Source: Cyclobacteriaceae bacterium
Lineage (GTDB): Bacteria; Bacteroidota; Bacteroidia; Cytophagales; Cyclobacteriaceae
Assembly (NCBI GenBank): GCA_050306095.1
Contig: JBNLGO010000004.1
Coordinates: forward strand, 14-64,013
Length of the DNA: 64,000 bases
Direction: 5' to 3'
The notes under the pieces were generated by a model, which ran no database searches, had not been told where the DNA came from, and saw nothing but the letters and a program-made list of their open reading frames with translations. This document shows, piece by piece, positions 58,402 to 64,000 of this stretch (positions are counted from its first letter, which is position 1; every line of letters starts with the position of its first letter). The position numbers and the translations under genes were made by a program.

Positions 58402-59763
58402 TTAAATCGCTTTAGAATATCGGGGTTCCTCAGTTTTATTAGCTGCCATTCTTAGATCAAATACTGAGCAAATATTTCGAATAAATATTTTTCCGATTTC
58501 GGAAATGGATATTTCGTTTTCATCAAAATCCAATAGCCCTTCCTCCTTCATTTGAACCAGTTTATTTCGATTTTCATTGGGTAACTTCTCCAATGAGAAA
58601 CCATCAAACTTGGCACTTCCATTACAAATCAAGCTTTTGATCAACGCTCTGATCTGAAGGTCTTCCTCAGTTAAAACATGACCATTGATTAAGAGTGATT
58701 CTCCATGAACGATCGCATCCTGGTATTCCTTTACTTTCTTAAGGTTTTGCGCGAAAGCACCTTTTGCATCACTTATTGACGAAGCTCCTAAACCAATTAA
58801 TAATTCAGTATTGGTAACAGTATAGCCCATAAAGTTGCGATGCAACTGCCCGTTTTGCTGCGCGATGTAAAGATCGTCATGAGGCAAAGCAAAATGATCC
58901 ATTCCTATCTCATGATACCCTTCTTTCATCAGCATTTCCTTGCCAATATCATAGAGTCTTCTTTTCAGATCATTGTTAGGCAAGTCCTTTTCTGTATATC
59001 TCCTTTGGCCTGGTCTTTTCCATGGCACATGGGCATAACTATAATACGCAATTCGCTCTGGTCTAAGAGCCAACACTTTTTTAAATGTGGTCTCCACAAT
59101 TTCTTCTGTTTGGAATGGAAGGCCATATACCAGATCAAAATTCACTGATTTATACCCGATATCACGGGCGTCTTTGATTGAGCGCTCTACATTTTCATAA
59201 GGCTGAATACGGTTAATCACATGCTGGATCTTTTCATCAAAATCCTGTACACCAAAACTCACCCTTCTAAATCCTAAATCAAATAAAGTTTGAAGATGTT
59301 CCCGTTTCGTATTATTTGGATGCCCTTCAAAGCTAAACTCAGGATCAAATTTATTTCCTGACGCACCTGTGATTGAGGTTATTAATCTATTGAGATTTTC
59401 AGGAGAAAAGAAAGTCGGCGTACCTCCACCCAAATGTATTTCTCTGATTTCTGGTTTCTCATCAAATAGTTTTAAATACTGAGACCATTCTTCCAATAGG
59501 CAGTCAATATATTTACCTTCAACAGCGTGATTAATTGTGATATGCTGAAAGCACCCGCAATAGGTACATAAACTTTCACAAAATGGCAGGTGCATATAAA
59601 GGCTTATTCCTTTTTCAGTATTTGTTGCCTTGAAAGTAGATTGAACAATTTCCGGCCAACTTTCAGCCAGGTTTGATGGATTTTCCCACAGCGGAACGGT
59701 GGGGTAACTCGTGTACCTCGGAACAGGCACATTGTACTTTTTTATTAACTCACTTACACTCAT
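58402..59763 (-). CDS. hemN: Oxygen-independent coproporphyrinogen III oxidase (radical SAM)
   Basis: 453 aa with YMHLPFCESLCTYCGC (CX3CX2C plus an extra Cys), GGGTPTF and the HemN C-terminal domain. Confidence 0.93.
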   Translation of the reverse strand: MSVSELIKKYNVPVPRYTSYPTVPLWENPSNLAESWPEIVQSTFKATNTEKGISLYMHLPFCESLCTYCGCFQHITINHAVEGKYIDCLLEEWSQYLKLFDEKPEIREIHLGGGTPTFFSPENLNRLITSITGASGNKFDPEFSFEGHPNNTKREHLQTLFDLGFRRVSFGVQDFDEKIQHVINRIQPYENVERSIKDARDIGYKSVNFDLVYGLPFQTEEIVETTFKKVLALRPERIAYYSYAHVPWKRPGQRRYTEKDLPNNDLKRRLYDIGKEMLMKEGYHEIGMDHFALPHDDLYIAQQNGQLHRNFMGYTVTNTELLIGLGASSISDAKGAFAQNLKKVKEYQDAIVHGESLLINGHVLTEEDLQIRALIKSLICNGSAKFDGFSLEKLPNENRNKLVQMKEEGLLDFDENEISISEIGKIFIRNICSVFDLRMAANKTEEPRYSKAI

Positions 59764-59811
59764 ACCAGGTCAAATTCAATGCAAATAAATAAGAATTCCT
59801 TGAAAATCCCT

Positions 59812-59825
59812 ATGATTTAAATCAT
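59812..59825. promoter_or_regulatory. Perfect 14-nt palindrome ATGATTTAAATCAT, a candidate Crp/Fnr-family binding site upstream of hemN
   Basis: The core TGAT-N4-ATCA matches 8 of 10 positions of the FNR consensus TTGAT-N4-ATCAA. It is centred about 55 nt upstream of the hemN ATG. Confidence 0.3.
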
Positions 59826-59831
59826 GATGAT

Positions 59832-60659
59832 TTATACGTGGGGTAATAATATGGTATAGCAATAAACAACCAATAATTGGATGATTATTAATCCGTCAAT
59901 CAGAAATATATAGTAATAGTTAGGTTTGGAAGCATTTGCGTTTTTAATAAATAAAAAAACCATTCCGGAAAAAGGCAGATAAATATAAATGATGTATGGC
60001 TCCAATATTAAGAACCCAATCGTGTGTGCTCCCAAGAACGTATAAGCTAATATTTTTGTGTTCTTAATGCCTATTACTCCCGGAAGCGTTTTCAGTTTAT
60101 TTTTAATGTCTTTATAAAAATCCCGAATATCAAAAGGAAGGGTAATGGAAAGGATAAAGAAAAATTGTGATAAAATCAGTACAACAAATTGCTGTGAATC
60201 AATTGATTTTACACTTAAAGAAGGTAGAACCACTCCTACCCCTGCCCACACGAATGAAATTAAAAATACTTTAAGTAAAGGAATGCTTCTAAGCGGAATG
60301 AAGAAATTTTTTTTGACGCCAATTGCATTATATAAAAAGGAAATAACACCGAGAATCCCCAGTACAACAATTATCTCTTTACTCAAACCATATGATAAAT
60401 ATATAATTAGCAGCATTGCCAACATGAGGGCTAATCTGTCAAAGGAAATTTTCTTTGGAAAAAATATCTCCATGGAAAATGGTTTTTGACTAATGGAGTA
60501 AATCACAAACGTGCTTAAAAATAGCACCGCTAATATATTAATAGATGGAAAATCCGGTTGATCTTGCATCAAAAAAGAACCCGTCAAGTAGAATGAACAC
60601 GCACTTATCCCGATAAACAGGTTGGTTTTAACAATATTTGTATAAAAAAAATTCGCCAA
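59832..60659 (-). CDS. Polytopic membrane protein, UbiA prenyltransferase-like
   Basis: 275 aa with 8 or more TM helices. LPFDIRDFYKDIKNKLKTLPGVIG resembles the second Asp-rich motif region of the UbiA superfamily. I did not recognise the first Asp-rich motif. The start is a TTG. Confidence 0.4.
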   Translation of the reverse strand: MANFFYTNIVKTNLFIGISACSFYLTGSFLMQDQPDFPSINILAVLFLSTFVIYSISQKPFSMEIFFPKKISFDRLALMLAMLLIIYLSYGLSKEIIVVLGILGVISFLYNAIGVKKNFFIPLRSIPLLKVFLISFVWAGVGVVLPSLSVKSIDSQQFVVLILSQFFFILSITLPFDIRDFYKDIKNKLKTLPGVIGIKNTKILAYTFLGAHTIGFLILEPYIIYIYLPFSGMVFLFIKNANASKPNYYYIFLIDGLIIIQLLVVYCYTILLPHV

Positions 60660-60865
60660 TTAATATTCTGTTTTTCGAGACAAGCCCATATTTATTTTTG
60701 TACCAACACCTACCGTAAAATTTTATTTTTACAAGTTACCCACTTGCAAAATTAGTAGAATAAACCGGTTAGAGATATTTGTCCAATTTTTACTGTGGAT
60801 TTTTTTCTATACCGAAATGGATTAAATTTGCCCCCCTAATCTAAAACAAAAAAATTACCTGTCAC

Positions 60866-62260
60866 ATGGCATCAAAATACGATTTAATAGTAATTGGTAG
60901 TGGCCCGGGAGGCTACGTAGCAGCTATAAGAGCAGCTCAATTAGGCATGAATGTAGGCGTTGTAGAAAAAGCTGAAATAGGCGGTATTTGTCTCAATTGG
61001 GGATGTATACCTACCAAAGCTTTATTAAAAAGCGCGCAGGTATTTGAATATATCCAACATGCGAAGGATTACGGCATTGATGTAAAAGATGCAACAGCAG
61101 ATTTTTCAGCCATGATCAAGCGAAGCAGAGATGTGGCTGCTGGAATGAGCAAAGGAGTTCAATTTCTTTTTAAGAAGAATAAAATTGAAATGATCAATGG
61201 GTTTGGGAAATTGGTAAAAGCTAAGACAGTAGAAGTTACTGATGATGCTGGTAAAACATCCCAAATTCAAGCAGACAATATCATCCTGGCAACAGGAGGA
61301 AGATCGAGGGAATTACCTAACCTACCTATCGATGGCAAAAAGATCATTGGCTATCGACAAGCTATGTCTCTTGACAAGCAGCCTAAGAAAATGGTGATAG
61401 TTGGTTCTGGAGCTATAGGTGTAGAATTCGCATATTTCTATCATTCGATTGGAACTGAAGTGACGATTGTAGAATTTATGCCAAAGGTAGTTCCGGTAGA
61501 AGATGATGATGTTTCAAAACAACTGGAAAGGAACTTCAAAAAAGCAGGCATGACAGTTATGACCAGTTCGGAGGTGACAAATGTAGACACCAAGGGTAAA
61601 GGCTGCAAAGTAACTGTAAAAACACAAAAAGGCGAAGAAATAATCGATTGTGACATTGTACTTTCTGCAGTAGGTGTAAGTACAAACATTGAAGGGCTTG
61701 GCCTGGAAGATGTAGGAGTAGCAACCGATAAAGGCAAAGTATTGGTAGATGATTATTATAAAACCAATATGCCTGGAATATATGCAATAGGCGATATCGT
61801 GAAAGGTCCTGCTCTGGCACACGTAGCTTCTGCTGAAGGGATTATATGCGTGGAGAAAATGGCCGGACAAAATCCAGAGCCTTTAGATTACAATAACATA
61901 CCAGGGTGTACCTATTGCAGTCCTGAAATTGCTTCTGTAGGATACACAGAAAAAGCTGCTAAAGAAGCAGGGTATGATATCAAAGTGGGTAAATTCCCAT
62001 TCTCAGCCAGCGGAAAAGCTAAAGCTGCCGGCGCATCAGATGGGTTTGTAAAAGTAATTTTTGACGCAAAATATGGTGAATGGCTAGGCGCTCATATGAT
62101 TGGCGCAAATGTGACTGAAATGATTGCCGAGGTAGTTGCTGCAAGAAAGCTTGAAACTACCGGACATGAAATTATTAAAACAGTTCACCCTCACCCAACC
62201 ATGTCAGAAGCTATAATGGAAGCGGCTGCAGATGCATATGGTGAGGTAATCCATTTATAA
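60866..62260 (+). CDS. lpdA: Dihydrolipoyl dehydrogenase (E3)
   Basis: 464 aa with GSGPGGYVAAIRAAQLG, the redox-active GGICLNWGCIPTK, GSGAIGVEFA and a C-terminal HPHPT(M)SE motif. Confidence 0.95.
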   Translation: MASKYDLIVIGSGPGGYVAAIRAAQLGMNVGVVEKAEIGGICLNWGCIPTKALLKSAQVFEYIQHAKDYGIDVKDATADFSAMIKRSRDVAAGMSKGVQFLFKKNKIEMINGFGKLVKAKTVEVTDDAGKTSQIQADNIILATGGRSRELPNLPIDGKKIIGYRQAMSLDKQPKKMVIVGSGAIGVEFAYFYHSIGTEVTIVEFMPKVVPVEDDDVSKQLERNFKKAGMTVMTSSEVTNVDTKGKGCKVTVKTQKGEEIIDCDIVLSAVGVSTNIEGLGLEDVGVATDKGKVLVDDYYKTNMPGIYAIGDIVKGPALAHVASAEGIICVEKMAGQNPEPLDYNNIPGCTYCSPEIASVGYTEKAAKEAGYDIKVGKFPFSASGKAKAAGASDGFVKVIFDAKYGEWLGAHMIGANVTEMIAEVVAARKLETTGHEIIKTVHPHPTMSEAIMEAAADAYGEVIHL

Positions 62261-62284
62261 AATAGAATTACATACCAATATTTT

Positions 62285-62310
62285 AAAACCCCGTTTATCG
62301 GGGTTTTTTT
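62285..62310 (+). terminator. Rho-independent terminator of lpdA
   Basis: AAAACCCCG-TTTAT-CGGGGTTTT is followed by a T-run, 25 nt after the stop codon. Confidence 0.85.
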
Positions 62311-62391
62311 ATGCCTTTTTGCCAATAATCGCAATGTAATTTTCACAGAAAGATTAAATTTTCTTCCCAAGAGGAATGTTGGCATAATATT

Positions 62392-62399
62392 TATCTTTG
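62392..62399 (+). promoter_or_regulatory. Bacteroidota-type -7 promoter element (TAnnTTTG)
   Basis: TATCTTTG lies 35 nt upstream of the ATG at 62434. I found no well-spaced -33 TTG. Confidence 0.3.
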
Positions 62400-62433
62400 T
62401 TAAAGCTCTTTGGGGGAATTAATTTAAAAGACA

Positions 62434-64000
62434 ATGAGGCAAAGTATTTTAGTTTTTTTATTGACCATCAGCATTTCATCACTTTTTGCGCAAGGTGGAT
62501 TTAAAAGTTTTGAAAAATCAGTCGTTAGAATAATCTCATTTAAGAATGACAGTTCCATAATCAATGAAGGATCTGCCTTTTTTATGGATGGAAGGAGTGC
62601 TGCAATCACCCACACTTCCGTCATTGAAAAAGCTGATTTTGCAGTAGCCATCACGCTTGACAGCACCATCCATCGAGTAATGGGAATTACGGCATATGAC
62701 AAGTCAACAGGCATCGTTGAGTTAAACCTGGACAATACACTATCAGGAAAATTTATAAAACTTAAAAAGTCAAATGGAAATCCAGCTGCCGGAGGTGCTG
62801 GTATTATCTATTCTACAGGCATTCAACAAAACAAAAGTGATAACCTTCAAATTAGCGATGTAAAGCCCATAGAGACATACGGAAGTGTCATTTTATCTAA
62901 CTACAACTTTTCAAAAGAACATGCCGGAGCACCAATAATTAGTAGTTCAGGAAGTTTAATTGGTGTCTGCATACCAATAAAAGGTGGTTTTTTTCTTCTT
63001 GATGGTAAATTCATTGAAAACACACCTTCCTCAAACACCCAATTAGCCGCCTTTTCAAAAAGCATAAAAAATAATGAGAACTTTTTGGCTGGCCTTCAGG
63101 CATTTGCTAAAGGTAATACAGATCAATACGACAAACTCCTTGCGGCTGAACTGGATGCAAATCCAAATAACCTAACGGCCAATTATATTTTGGGAACCCT
63201 GCATTATGAGCAAAAGAAATATGGCCTTGCGCAGAAGGAGCTTTCCAAGGCGCTGGAATTAAATAAAAATCTAGGGAAAGCATATGCCTATCTTGGCTTT
63301 ACCAATATGTATTATGAAAAATATGATCAGGCACTGGCCAACCTAAAAAATGCTGAAGGACTGAATTTTAAGGAGATTGAAGTTTATGAAAATAAAGGAA
63401 TTGCCAATTACCAGTTAAAAAATTACGAAGCGGCCATTGCTGATTTTGCAGCAGCAGAAAAGGCTGGTAGTAAAAACCCTGAAGTGTTTTATAATAAAGG
63501 AAACGCGCAATTTATTTTAAAAAACTACCAGGAAGCGATCAATGCCTATGACCAAGCGGTCAACCTCAATTATAAAAATGATTTACTGTTTAATAATCGT
63601 GGAAAGGCCAAATATATTCTTGGTCAGGTAGAAGGAAGTATTAGCGATTATAACCAGGCGTTGACCATCAACCCTAACTATGGTAAGGGTTATCAAAATA
63701 GAGGGACAGCTTATTTTGATTTGAAAAAATATCCGGAAGCATCAAAGGATTTAACGAAAGCAAAAGAATTAGGCGCTAATAGCAAGGAGCTGTATTATAT
63801 GCTCGCTCTTTCAGCATATATAGCACTGGATTATGACAAGGCCTTGGAGAATTTTAATACTGCCGAGCGAATGGGACTTCGTGACAGTTTGATCCATTGG
63901 TACAGAGGAAATATTTTTCATTCTAAAAAACAATATGAAGATGCCGTTTCAGATTTGTCCAAGGCTATGTCAATGGGTGTAGATGATCCATCAGCATTTT
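62434..64000 (+). CDS. Secreted protein with an N-terminal trypsin-like (Trypsin_2-type) domain and multiple TPR repeats (5' part; continues beyond the window end)
   Basis: Manual translation shows a signal peptide (MRQSILVFLLTISISSLFAQ) and GSAFFMDG..AITHTSVI ... EHAGAPIISSSGSLIGVCI, a chymotrypsin-fold pattern. At least 8 TPR-like repeats follow (e.g. ANYILGTLHYEQKKYGLAQKELSKALELN). The frame is open to position 64000, and the ORF is missing from the track because it is truncated. Confidence 0.6.
   Translation, partial: MRQSILVFLLTISISSLFAQGGFKSFEKSVVRIISFKNDSSIINEGSAFFMDGRSAAITHTSVIEKADFAVAITLDSTIHRVMGITAYDKSTGIVELNLDNTLSGKFIKLKKSNGNPAAGGAGIIYSTGIQQNKSDNLQISDVKPIETYGSVILSNYNFSKEHAGAPIISSSGSLIGVCIPIKGGFFLLDGKFIENTPSSNTQLAAFSKSIKNNENFLAGLQAFAKGNTDQYDKLLAAELDANPNNLTANYILGTLHYEQKKYGLAQKELSKALELNKNLGKAYAYLGFTNMYYEKYDQALANLKNAEGLNFKEIEVYENKGIANYQLKNYEAAIADFAAAEKAGSKNPEVFYNKGNAQFILKNYQEAINAYDQAVNLNYKNDLLFNNRGKAKYILGQVEGSISDYNQALTINPNYGKGYQNRGTAYFDLKKYPEASKDLTKAKELGANSKELYYMLALSAYIALDYDKALENFNTAERMGLRDSLIHWYRGNIFHSKKQYEDAVSDLSKAMSMGVDDPSAF

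Noticed and set aside
58399-58404. Convergent genes with abutting or overlapping stop codons: 58401/58402 (CarboxypepD_reg-like gene versus hemN), 24020..24023 (cstA versus patatin) and 29483..29486.
   Set aside because: These are real features of the sequence, but they are common in compact genomes. Beyond implying a lack of terminators between the pairs, they are not informative on their own.
1-64000. Search for CRISPR arrays, tRNA/rRNA genes, transposases, integrases, IS inverted repeats and prophage or defence-island gene clusters.
   Set aside because: I saw no regularly spaced direct repeats, no cloverleaf-like GC-rich intergenic segments and no recombinase, transposase or phage-like ORFs. 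The largest intergenic gaps (about 140-275 nt) are AT-rich promoter-like DNA.

Overview
The window looks like an ordinary, densely coding chromosomal segment of a Bacteroidota genome. Supporting signs are its AT-richness, a T9SS type-B (CHU_C) sorting-domain adhesin, a b558-type sdhCAB operon, frequent TTG/GTG starts without Shine-Dalgarno sequences, and one TAnnTTTG-type -7 box. I can support about 57 protein-coding genes, mostly housekeeping: queE, folD, lepA, sdhCAB, fabD, cstA, rsmI, lptC, coaX, anmK, lysC, ribH, pdhA, recF, polA, pruA, hemN and lpdA. I also list several hairpin terminators. I saw no rRNA, tRNA, CRISPR array, transposase, integrase or obvious defence island, and I cannot point to a clear novel multi-gene system. 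The strongest anomalies are listed here. (1) An in-frame TAA interrupts sdhA 50 codons before its conserved end, which is translationally coupled to sdhB. (2) A MoaD/ThiS-type ubiquitin-like protein ending in Gly-Gly is tightly coupled to a BNR-like beta-propeller, with no E1, MoaE or ThiG partner nearby. (3) A small decayed accessory islet lies between recF-DUF721 and polA, holding a frameshifted Uma2 endonuclease and a short TfoX-like ORF. (4) An unannotated 48-aa Cys-rich membrane peptide overlaps, in convergent orientation, the 3' end of a radical SAM/SPASM gene. (5) There are several candidate regulatory palindromes: an FNR/CRP-like box before hemN, an ArsR-type operator, and terminator-like hairpins that abut start codons. 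Function calls come from motif recognition by eye in the supplied translations. No database search was run.
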